64,000 bases of DNA from Limisphaerales bacterium (lineage in GTDB: Bacteria; Verrucomicrobiota; Verrucomicrobiia; Limisphaerales; UBA1100). The DNA is taken from the NCBI GenBank assembly GCA_965659445.1, contig CBFHWX010000001.1, positions 1,876-65,875 of the forward strand, in the 5' to 3' direction. Every line of letters begins with the position of its first letter. The first letter of the stretch is position 1. The notes beneath the pieces were generated by a model. It saw only the letters and a list, made by a program, of their open reading frames with translations, was not told where the DNA came from and made no database searches. Shown here piece by piece: positions 53,580-61,396 of the stretch. Both the position numbers and the translations under genes were made by a program.

Positions 53580-55352
53580 ATGGATGTCGATTTATTAGCA
53601 AAGGCAAAGGCTTACGGGTTTTCGGACCGGCAGATTGCTAACCTAACGGGGCGCACGGAGGACGAGGTGCGCGCCGAGCGCAAGGGGGTCGGGTTGATGC
53701 CGAGCTATCGGCTGGTGGATACCTGTGCGGCGGAATTTGAGGCGTACACACCGTATTACTACTCCACGTATGACCGTGGTGATGACGAGATTAATCCGTC
53801 CGACCGCAAGAAGGTGATGATTCTCGGCGGCGGACCGAATCGTATTGGGCAAGGGATCGAGTTTGACTACTGCTGTGTGCATGCGGCGTTTGCGCTCAAG
53901 GAAAACGACTTTGAAACGCTGATGGTAAACTCCAATCCTGAGACCGTTTCCACCGATTACGACACCAGCGATAAGCTCTTTTTTGAACCGCTCACGCTCG
54001 AGGATGTGCTGCACATTTATGAACGCGAGAATTGCTGGGGTGTCATCGCGCAGTTTGGCGGGCAGACTCCGTTGAACCTTGCATTGGGACTGGAAGCAAA
54101 CGGTGTGAACATTCTTGGCACCAGTCCACAGAGTATCGAGTGTGCGGAAGATCGCGAGTTGTTTTCCGCCATGTTGCACAAGCTGGATATCCCGCAGCCG
54201 CCCAATGGTCTGGCTACCAATGAAGCCGAGGCCGTGGTGGAGGCGCACAAGCTTGGCTACCCCGTGCTGGTTCGGCCGTCGTTTGTGCTAGGCGGTCGCG
54301 CGATGCAGATTGTGTATTCGGACACCGAGTTGCATCACTACATGCAGTATGCTGTGGAGGCTTCGCCAGAGCGGCCGGTGCTGGTGGATAAATTTCTGGA
54401 GGATGCCACGGAAGTGGATGTGGACTGCATCGCCGACGCCAAGGAGGACACGATTGTTGTCGGCGGCATGCTTGAGCATGTGGAGTTTGCAGGCGTGCAC
54501 TCGGGCGATGCAGCGATGGTGCTTCCGCCGCACACGCTCTCTAAAAAAGCCATCGACACTATGCGCGAATACACTCATGCCATGGCACGCGAGCTGGAGG
54601 TTACCGGTCTCATGAACGTCCAGTATGCTGTGAAGGATGAGATTGTGTATGTGCTTGAAGTTAATCCGCGCGCATCGCGCACGATACCCTTTGTCAGTAA
54701 GGCTATTGGCGTGCCTCTCGCCAAACTCGCTGCGCAAGTGATGGCTGGTGCCAAACTCAGTAAGTTGGGTTTCACTGAGGAGATTTGGCCAAAGTATTGG
54801 GCGGTGAAGGAATCGGTATTTCCGTTCAACAAATTTATTGGTCAGGACATTATCCTCAGCCCCGAAATGCGGTCCACCGGTGAGGTAATGGGGCTGGACG
54901 CCGACCTTGGAGTGGCTTATGCAAAGAGCCAGATGGCGGCGAGTTCGCCCTTGCCGCTCGAGGGTAAGGTGTTCATCAGCGTAAGCGACGCGCATAAAGA
55001 TGAAGTGCCTGTGTTGGCAAAGGATTTCGTGGAGTTAGGCTTTGAGCTCGTCGCCACAGGGGGCACCGCCAAGGTCATTGAAGAAGCCGGCCTGCAAGTC
55101 GAGCGAATCAACAAGCTTTCCGAAGGTCGGCCCAATTCGCTGGATCTTTTAAAGAACAACGAATTGCAACTTGTTGTGAACACTCCCTCCGGCGAAGTGC
55201 CACGTAGTGATGAAGTGCAAATTCGCACCAGTGCCGTTTACACCGCCACTCCCATTATGACCACCCTCAGCAGCGCCAAGGCCGCCGTGAATGGCATCCG
55301 CGCCATCAAGAAGGCAGGATACGGGGTGCAGACAGTGCAGGAGTATCACTGA
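53580..55352 (+). CDS. carB: Carbamoyl-phosphate synthase large subunit, C-terminal half only (split CarB)
   Basis: Starts in the oligomerisation-domain region (AKAYGFSDRQIANL, VDTCAAEFEAYTPYYYSTY). It continues through the second ATP-grasp (ILGGGPNRIGQGIEFDYCCVH, VRPSFVLGGRAM, EVNPRASRTIPFVSKA) and the MGS-like allosteric domain. An in-frame TGA at 53544-53546 blocks any upstream extension. Confidence 0.88.
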   Translation: MDVDLLAKAKAYGFSDRQIANLTGRTEDEVRAERKGVGLMPSYRLVDTCAAEFEAYTPYYYSTYDRGDDEINPSDRKKVMILGGGPNRIGQGIEFDYCCVHAAFALKENDFETLMVNSNPETVSTDYDTSDKLFFEPLTLEDVLHIYERENCWGVIAQFGGQTPLNLALGLEANGVNILGTSPQSIECAEDRELFSAMLHKLDIPQPPNGLATNEAEAVVEAHKLGYPVLVRPSFVLGGRAMQIVYSDTELHHYMQYAVEASPERPVLVDKFLEDATEVDVDCIADAKEDTIVVGGMLEHVEFAGVHSGDAAMVLPPHTLSKKAIDTMREYTHAMARELEVTGLMNVQYAVKDEIVYVLEVNPRASRTIPFVSKAIGVPLAKLAAQVMAGAKLSKLGFTEEIWPKYWAVKESVFPFNKFIGQDIILSPEMRSTGEVMGLDADLGVAYAKSQMAASSPLPLEGKVFISVSDAHKDEVPVLAKDFVELGFELVATGGTAKVIEEAGLQVERINKLSEGRPNSLDLLKNNELQLVVNTPSGEVPRSDEVQIRTSAVYTATPIMTTLSSAKAAVNGIRAIKKAGYGVQTVQEYH

Positions 55353-56788
55353 ACTGCGGTCGGCAGCGGATAAGGAGCGAGCTTGAGCGCGGCCTCAAAC
55401 CCGGCGGCCTTTACCAGTGTTTCGCTATACTCCATTTCCGGATCCGAATCGGCCACGATACCGGCACCCACTTGGAACCATACATGTTCTTGGCGTACGA
55501 TGGCGGTACGGATGGCGATATTGAACTGGCTTTCTCGATTGAAACCAAGATAGCCGATACTGCCGGTGTACGGTCCTCGTGTGACGGGTTCGAGTTCATC
55601 GATGATTTCCATCGCCCGAAACTTCGGTGCGCCGGAGATGCTTCCGCCTGGAAAACACGCGCGCAACGCGTCGAGATGTGATAGTTCCGGCCGCAGCCGG
55701 CCTTCGACGGTCGAGGCGAGGTGCTGCACTTGCGGGAATTTTTCCAGCCGCATCAGCTCGGGTACGGCAATACTGCCGAATTCGCACACGCGGCCGAGGT
55801 CGTTGCGCAAGAGATCGGTAATCATCACCAGCTCCGCGCATTCCTTTTCACTGGACTGCAACTCCTCGGCAAGTTGGGCGTCGTGTTTAGGATTGGCATC
55901 GCGAGGCCTGGTGCCCTTGATGGGCCGAGTTTGGATGTGTTGTCCACTTAGGCGCAGAAAACGTTCCGGGCTGGAGCAGGCAATCTGGAAATTGCCGGCA
56001 TCAATGAAGGCTGCGAATGGCGCGGGACTGGCTGTGTGCAACGCACGATGGAATTCCCAGCCATCGCTGGCCCATGGCGCGGAGAGGCGCTGGGAGAGGT
56101 TTACCTGATAGATGTCGCCGGAGCGGATGTACTCAAGTACGCCGCGTGTAGCGGCGATGAATGATTCACGGGTGAAGTTGGATGTGGGAGGGGCAGGTTC
56201 CAATTCGTTCCTTTTTTCAAATTGATTTGGGCTGACATGAAAGTTACCACCCTCCAGTTGTTCATGCCACCAGTCGGCCTGCTGCCGGGCACGCGCCTCA
56301 TTGCGGTTGCCATCGGCACCGAGACCAGTGGCCACAAGCCAAGTTTTGCCGAGGTGATGGTCAAAGATGGCAAGACTGTCATAAAATCCAACGCAACAGT
56401 CGGGTAGTTCGAGATCGTTTACCGTGCGCGCACGCAGGCGGGGCTCAGTAAAGTTTTTCAGATCGTAGCCCCAATAGCCGAAGCAGCCGCCGAGTGGGAA
56501 GGGTAGGTCAATCTCGTCGATGAGTTCGTAACGCGCGAGCAGGCGGTCAAGGATGTGCCATGGGTTGCCATATTGCATGCGGGTTTGGCCGTTCGCCTGG
56601 GTTTCGCAACGACAGCCCCAAGTGCGCAGTGTGAGAAAAGGCCGCGCAACAACAAACGAATACCGCGCCTGACTTGTCCTCTCACCATTGCTGCGTAGCA
56701 GCATCAGCCCAGGCATACCACGGATGCTTTCCGTAAGCGTCTCCGGAGTGTGACACGTCTGCGCGTGCTCGATGATCGGACGCATCAA
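55346..56788 (-). CDS. pabB: Chorismate-utilising enzyme, aminodeoxychorismate synthase component I-like
   Basis: IYQVNLSQR, RPIKGTRPR, EKECAELVMITDLLRNDLGRV, GGSISGAPKFRAMEIIDELE and RGPYTGSIGYLGF. I cannot fully separate PabB from TrpE by eye. Confidence 0.75.
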   Translation of the reverse strand: MMRPIIEHAQTCHTPETLTESIRGMPGLMLLRSNGERTSQARYSFVVARPFLTLRTWGCRCETQANGQTRMQYGNPWHILDRLLARYELIDEIDLPFPLGGCFGYWGYDLKNFTEPRLRARTVNDLELPDCCVGFYDSLAIFDHHLGKTWLVATGLGADGNRNEARARQQADWWHEQLEGGNFHVSPNQFEKRNELEPAPPTSNFTRESFIAATRGVLEYIRSGDIYQVNLSQRLSAPWASDGWEFHRALHTASPAPFAAFIDAGNFQIACSSPERFLRLSGQHIQTRPIKGTRPRDANPKHDAQLAEELQSSEKECAELVMITDLLRNDLGRVCEFGSIAVPELMRLEKFPQVQHLASTVEGRLRPELSHLDALRACFPGGSISGAPKFRAMEIIDELEPVTRGPYTGSIGYLGFNRESQFNIAIRTAIVRQEHVWFQVGAGIVADSDPEMEYSETLVKAAGFEAALKLAPYPLPTAVQ

Positions 56789-57483
56789 GCGTAGGCCGGT
56801 GGCGGTGAGGTCTGATGACCGGTTCGGTTGTGGTATTCGTTGATGATCTGTATGGCTTTGACTGGGCTATCGGTTACTGTCACGAGATCGGGGTCATCGG
56901 GGCTGATATATTTGCCGCGTTTGAGAGTGCCATTGGCCCACTTGAGCAGGCCGTTCCAGTAGCTGCGGCCAAAGCAGATCATGGGATAACGCGGCGTTTT
57001 ACGGGTTTGCACTAGCGTGAGAATTTCAAAAAACTCATCCATGGTGCCAAAGCCACCCGGCATGAAAATGAACGCTGTGCTGTATTTGGCTAAGCACACT
57101 TTGCGAGCAAAGAAATAGTGAAAATCAACAGCGATGTTGGAGTATTTGTTGCCGCTTTGCTCGTAGGGAAGTTTGATGTTGAGGCCAACCGAGCGTCCAC
57201 CACCTGCTGCTGCGCCACGATTGGCGGCTTCCATGATGCCGGGGCCTCCACCGGTGATTACGGCAAAATTGTTCTCAGCTAGCCGGCGTGAGAGGTCCAC
57301 CGTGGCCTTGTAAAATCGGTCGCGCGGCTTGGTGCGCGCAGAGCCAAAAATGGTGACGGCTGGTCCGATGTGAGACATCTCGTCGAAGCCCTCCACAAAT
57401 TCCGACATGATTCGGAATACGCGCCAAGGATCCTCGTGAACAAAACGGCTGGTCGGTTTCTTGGGTTTCTTTGCTCTTGCCAT
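56785..57483 (-). CDS. LOG-family (TIGR00730) nucleotide phosphoribohydrolase
   Basis: TGGGPGIMEAANRGA and PGGFGTMDEFFE motifs. Overlaps the pabB start by 4 nt. Confidence 0.85.
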   Translation of the reverse strand: MARAKKPKKPTSRFVHEDPWRVFRIMSEFVEGFDEMSHIGPAVTIFGSARTKPRDRFYKATVDLSRRLAENNFAVITGGGPGIMEAANRGAAAGGGRSVGLNIKLPYEQSGNKYSNIAVDFHYFFARKVCLAKYSTAFIFMPGGFGTMDEFFEILTLVQTRKTPRYPMICFGRSYWNGLLKWANGTLKRGKYISPDDPDLVTVTDSPVKAIQIINEYHNRTGHQTSPPPAYA

Positions 57484-57550
57484 GCGGAGAGGTTAGGCAT
57501 CGGCACTAAACGGTCAATGACGGGTTGCTGACAAGAACGATTGCGGAAGT

Positions 57551-58999
57551 TTATTTACTGTATTTACGAATCGGTTTTATGGACTTGGGCCGATGCTTCA
57601 AGAGTAACCGCAGTGGGCAGCCCTCAAAGCCAAAGGCCTTCCGGAGATGGCGCGTGAGGTATTTGGTGTAATGGTCAGTGCATGCGTCGGGCGCATTGAC
57701 AAAGAGAGTGAAGGTTGGCGGTGATTGTTTGGTCTGCGTGGCATAGTAGAGCTTAAACCGTTTGCCAGACTTGTTGGGCGGTTGGCGGTGCTCGATGGCG
57801 TCCTGAAGTACGCGATTGATAACCGGTGTCGGGATTTGCTGCTGCCATTGATCGGCTACGTATCGGATGGCCTCAAGCAATCGATCGAGATGAAAGCCGG
57901 ATGTGGCGCTGGTGAAAATCACAGGAGCATAATCCAAAAAGAACAACTGTTCCTGCACCCAGTCACCGAACTCCGAGAGCATGGTAAGCCGTTTTGTGCG
58001 GTCATCGCGATGGCGATTTTTTTTGCGGCGGTGTTCGATCTCTTCCTTGCGGGCTTTTTTTACCGCCTCGGTGGTGAGGTCCCACTTGTTGATTACCACG
58101 ATGCAGGCACGATGGTTCTTGGTGATGAGGTCGGCAATCTTCTTGTCCTGCTCCACTATGCCGGTCTCGGCGTCGACCACGAGCACGGTAATGTCACAGC
58201 GTTTGATGGCCGCAGCGGAGCGGGTGACGCTGAAGTATTCAAGGCTGTCCTTCACGCGGCGTTTTTTGCGTAGGCCGGCGGTATCAATGAGCAGGCAGTG
58301 TTGCTCGCGGCCATCGGTCTCGATGGTGAACGGGACATCTACTGCATCACGTGTAGTGCCTGGAATGTCGCTAACGATGACGCGATCGCTTTGGGTGAGC
58401 GCGTTGATAATGGAGGATTTGCCTACATTCGGCCGACCCACTATGGCGAGGTTTAGCACATCCTCATCATTTGATTTGTCCGGGGCAGATGTATCATGGA
58501 GATGGGGAAGAACCGACTCCATCAAGGTACTAATCCCCCGATCATGCAAGGCACTAACAGGAAAAAATTGCCCGACTCCAAGTGCCGCAAATTCCACGGC
58601 ATTATCTTCCATACCTCCGTGATCAGATTTATTAACGGCGATTAAGGTGGGTTTGCCGCTTTGGCGGAGGTGCTGGGCAACCTCCTCATCCAGTGGCACG
58701 ATGCCTTCCTGAACATTTACCACAAAAATAATGGCATCCGCGGCTTCGATGGCAAGATTCACCTGATCCACGGTGGCGGTGGCGATGATATCCTTCGATT
58801 TTTCGCCTGGAATTAGGCCAATTCCGCCCGTATCGATCAGGGTAAAATGCTTCCCGATCCATTCGGCATCCGCCACCACGCGGTCGCGTGTGACGCCGGG
58901 CTGATCGTGCACAATCGCAATCCGACGCCCAGAAATCCGGTTAAAAAGCGCAGATTTCCCGACATTTGGGCGTCCGACAATAGCGATGGTTCCGGGCAT
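57551..58999 (-). CDS. der: Ribosome-assembly GTPase Der (EngA), two G domains plus a KH-like domain
   Basis: G1 motifs GRPNVGKSALFN and GRPNVGKSSIIN, DTGG and DTAG, NKSD and NKWD. C-terminal KLYYATQTKQSPPTF. Confidence 0.9.
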   Translation of the reverse strand: MPGTIAIVGRPNVGKSALFNRISGRRIAIVHDQPGVTRDRVVADAEWIGKHFTLIDTGGIGLIPGEKSKDIIATATVDQVNLAIEAADAIIFVVNVQEGIVPLDEEVAQHLRQSGKPTLIAVNKSDHGGMEDNAVEFAALGVGQFFPVSALHDRGISTLMESVLPHLHDTSAPDKSNDEDVLNLAIVGRPNVGKSSIINALTQSDRVIVSDIPGTTRDAVDVPFTIETDGREQHCLLIDTAGLRKKRRVKDSLEYFSVTRSAAAIKRCDITVLVVDAETGIVEQDKKIADLITKNHRACIVVINKWDLTTEAVKKARKEEIEHRRKKNRHRDDRTKRLTMLSEFGDWVQEQLFFLDYAPVIFTSATSGFHLDRLLEAIRYVADQWQQQIPTPVINRVLQDAIEHRQPPNKSGKRFKLYYATQTKQSPPTFTLFVNAPDACTDHYTKYLTRHLRKAFGFEGCPLRLLLKHRPKSIKPIRKYSK

Positions 59000-59047
59000 T
59001 TCCTAATTCCAAGCGAAGTGGCATGGAGTGACTAATGACTTAAATTG

Positions 59048-59079
59048 GCCATTTTATGCTAAAAAACACATAAAATGGC
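59048..59079 (-). other. 11-bp perfect inverted repeat with a 10-nt loop, incorporating the GCCA 3' end of tRNA-Glu
   Basis: GCCATTTTATG (59048-59058) and CATAAAATGGC (59069-59079) are exact reverse complements. On the - strand the first arm begins at the discriminator base plus CCA of the tRNA. No U-run follows. Confidence 0.4.
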
Positions 59080-59150
59080 GACCCCTACGGGACTCGAACC
59101 CGTGTTGCCGGCGTGAAAGGCCGGAGTCCTAACCACTAGACGAAGGGGTC
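59076..59150 (-). tRNA. tRNA-Glu (anticodon UUC), CCA encoded
   Basis: The reverse complement reads GACCCCTTCGTCTAGTGGTTAGGACTCCGGCCTTTCACGCCGGCAACACGGGTTCGAGTCCCGTAGGGGTCGCCA. The acceptor stem pairs. The anticodon arm is CCGGC-CTTTCAC-GCCGG. The T-loop is GGTTCGAGTCC. Confidence 0.85.
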
Positions 59151-59169
59151 AACCTGGCTAGGGCGGGGA

Positions 59170-59197
59170 AATATACGAATGCGTACTCGAATGTCAC
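59170..59197 (-). promoter_or_regulatory. Candidate promoter of tRNA-Glu
   Basis: On the - strand: GTGACA, a 16-nt spacer, TATATT, then TCCCCGCCCTAGCCAGGTT up to the mature 5' end. The GC-rich discriminator shares CCGCCCT with the tRNA-Asp promoter. Confidence 0.35.
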
Positions 59198-59286
59198 GGG
59201 AAATCTTTCCCCGAAGGACCTTTAGTTGAATCGTCAGTTGACATTTGGGCCATACTTTGTCAGATTGCCCTGACACCGACTTTCTT

Positions 59287-59366
59287 TGATTCGGGCGACA
59301 GAACGTTTCTTCAGAGGGGTTCTCCACCCCCACCTCCTTGGCGTCTGTTGCCCGAATCACTTTTTG
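59287..59366 (+). terminator. Orphan terminator-like long hairpin followed by a T5 run; candidate 3' end of a small RNA
   Basis: 59287-59302 pairs with 59344-59359 over 16 bp, with one G-U pair at 59297/59349. An inner GGGGT/ACCCC hairpin lies at 59316-59330. ACTTTTTG follows at 59359-59366. The wobble becomes a C-A mismatch on the - strand, which favours a + strand RNA. No + strand gene lies upstream. Confidence 0.3.
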
Positions 59367-59370
59367 TCCA

Positions 59371-59399
59371 TTGACGGAGGTGGCGACATGTCTTAATTT
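59371..59399 (+). promoter_or_regulatory. Candidate promoter of tRNA-Asp
   Basis: TTGACG (59371-59376), a 17-nt spacer, TAATTT (59394-59399), then TCCGCCCTCCCAATC up to the mature 5' end at 59415. Confidence 0.4.
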
Positions 59400-59414
59400 T
59401 CCGCCCTCCCAATC

Positions 59415-59491
59415 GGGGGTGTAGCTCAATTGGTTAGAGCGCTGGCCTGTCACGCCAGAGGTCGCGAGTTCGAGTCTCGTCACTCCCGCCA
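59415..59491 (+). tRNA. tRNA-Asp (anticodon GUC), CCA encoded
   Basis: GGGGGTGTAGCTCAATTGGTTAGAGCGCTGGCCTGTCACGCCAGAGGTCGCGAGTTCGAGTCTCGTCACTCCCGCCA. The anticodon arm is CTGGC-CTGTCAC-GCCAG. The acceptor stem pairs with one G-U. A T7 run follows. Confidence 0.85.
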
Positions 59492-59743
59492 TTTTTTTAA
59501 TCTGCTTATTCAGTGCTTTTCTTATCAACACTGCCGTGCAGTCCAGCGAACTATCTATGATTTAACACAGATCGATGAGGAGAGTTCGCCATGCAAGACG
59601 GGTCACCCGTTTAGTTTAGGAAAAGCTTCTGTAAGATTACCATTTATGCACCGACAAAGGTGCTTCCATATATTACCGACTCTGTTACCGGAAAGGCGGT
59701 AAGCGCTACCAGTGCACGCGCAAGACATATGAGGAGGATTGAG

Positions 59744-60178
59744 TTACCTCTTGGGGTTGCTGTAGATTCTGCAGTTCGGCAACGCCTTTTGCAGCTTGTC
59801 AATCTCTACCTTGGTGAGGTTTGGGTTAAACAAGAGACTTAGCGACTTTAACTGGGTCAATCCCATTAAGGGACTGATATCCATGAGCTGGTTGTTATCT
59901 AGATAAAGCGTTTTCAGGTTTTTGAGCCCTGCCAAGGAACTGACATCGGTAAGTTGATACTCGGCGATATCAAGCTGTGTCACCTCCGTCAAGAATTCCT
60001 TGTTGAGTTGACCTCTGGGCCTATTGACTGCCTTGCGAATCTCCTTCTCGATGACATCGGCCGACTCCTCAGCAGTAAGAGCAACGCCCTCCAGTCGCCT
60101 TTGATCGGAAGATTTGTTTTCTAACGACGCACAACCAACCGACGCCACCAATGTAATCATCAAAAAGGTTGCTTTCAT
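59744..60178 (-). CDS. Small lipoprotein with leucine-rich repeats
   Basis: I chose the ATG at 60178. MKATFLMITLVASVGC is a lipobox. LRR units LKNLKTLYLDNNQLMDISPLMGLTQLKSLSLLFNPNL. Confidence 0.6.
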   Translation of the reverse strand: MKATFLMITLVASVGCASLENKSSDQRRLEGVALTAEESADVIEKEIRKAVNRPRGQLNKEFLTEVTQLDIAEYQLTDVSSLAGLKNLKTLYLDNNQLMDISPLMGLTQLKSLSLLFNPNLTKVEIDKLQKALPNCRIYSNPKR

Positions 60179-60340
60179 GTGTGCTACTCTAGGTTTCCCG
60201 CCACCTCTCGGCAAACCTGAATTAAAAGACCACCGCACTGTCGCAGAAAGCTGCCCTATTCGTTACTGATTCGTCGGGAAACACCCTAAACGTCATGCTG
60301 ATATGGGAATTATGACGGGAGAGGATAGACTGCTATGGTT

Positions 60341-61264
60341 TTACTTTTTTTCCGGTGGAAAATCCTTGGTATTGGTCTCCATGGTCAAGTCCAGTTTGCC
60401 TGGCAATTCCATGCCATTGGCCTCGAAGGTCATGTCGCCCTTGATTTGAATAAGGGATTTCATCTCAATAAACCGCCCAAGCTTGCGGTCGAAGAAAATT
60501 TCCAAACTGGACCTAGCGGGCTTCAACTCGCTGTTCTTCACCTTCAATGGCCCAGGCGCCTCGCCTTCCTGATCGTAGGTCACGTCGGTGACCTTGCCGG
60601 TAATGCGATCGAGCTCACGGCCGTTTAGTTTTACCATCCCTTCATATTTATAATCGATTCGAAAGGTCATCACTTGGCCGCCGCCGAGATTCGACTTTTG
60701 GTCGCGCACCCAAGTGTCGCCCTTGGAGACCGCCTTATCAGGCAGAATCGCCTGCAGCTCCTTGAGTTCGGCGGTGATCTTTTTAGGGCTCAGTTCATGT
60801 TTGAATTCCTTGGGCAAATCCTCCGCGGCACCCTCGGGCACCTCCACGGTTTTCACTGAGCCATCCTTGTTAAAAACCTGGGTGATGGGCGTCTTGAGCA
60901 TGATGCGTACGACCTCAAGAACCGGCTCCAGTTGAGTGATGGGCGCCTTGCGGTTGGGCACCTCAGAGTCGAACTCCATCGCGATGCCGCCGGGGAACTC
61001 CCATTTCCCGATCCATTTTTTAATCTTCGCCGTGGTATGCAATGTATCGTCATCGGCACGGTCTCCGGTAGCGTGCTCGGTGAAGATGACCTGTGCATTC
61101 TTGGTGATGATTTCCTGCCCCATCAACTGCAAGGTTTGCGCCACCTTAATGTCTGTCCGGGTGGTGTAGGTTGTTTTCTCCTGTTGTTTGATTTCCAGGG
61201 TGACCTGCGCGGCAACTGCAGGAACAAACGCCACCGCCATAACGATCAAAATGAAGTGCTTCAT
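60341..61264 (-). CDS. Secreted hypothetical protein (307 aa), beta-rich
   Basis: I chose the ATG at 61264. Signal peptide MKHFILIVMAVAFVPAVAAQ. Alternating polar/hydrophobic pattern. No family recognised. Confidence 0.45.
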   Translation of the reverse strand: MKHFILIVMAVAFVPAVAAQVTLEIKQQEKTTYTTRTDIKVAQTLQLMGQEIITKNAQVIFTEHATGDRADDDTLHTTAKIKKWIGKWEFPGGIAMEFDSEVPNRKAPITQLEPVLEVVRIMLKTPITQVFNKDGSVKTVEVPEGAAEDLPKEFKHELSPKKITAELKELQAILPDKAVSKGDTWVRDQKSNLGGGQVMTFRIDYKYEGMVKLNGRELDRITGKVTDVTYDQEGEAPGPLKVKNSELKPARSSLEIFFDRKLGRFIEMKSLIQIKGDMTFEANGMELPGKLDLTMETNTKDFPPEKK

Positions 61265-61396
61265 GCCCCTCACTCTATGCCTCCTGCTACACCTGCGCAA
61301 ACTTGAAGTGGCAATTGAGGTTTGAAACGGTAAGGTGGGCACGTGGAAATTCCCGGCCATGTTGGAAATGCAGCAGTCTGCCTTCTGTTATAGAAA

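Noticed and set aside
59136-59531. 131-aa - strand ORF. It includes an internal GTG at about 59326 preceded by a perfect AAGGAGG
   Set aside because: It spans both tRNA genes and their promoters and ends inside tRNA-Glu. Its R/K-rich composition looks like translated structured RNA. The Shine-Dalgarno-like sequence is the complement of the CCTCC segment in the hairpin element.
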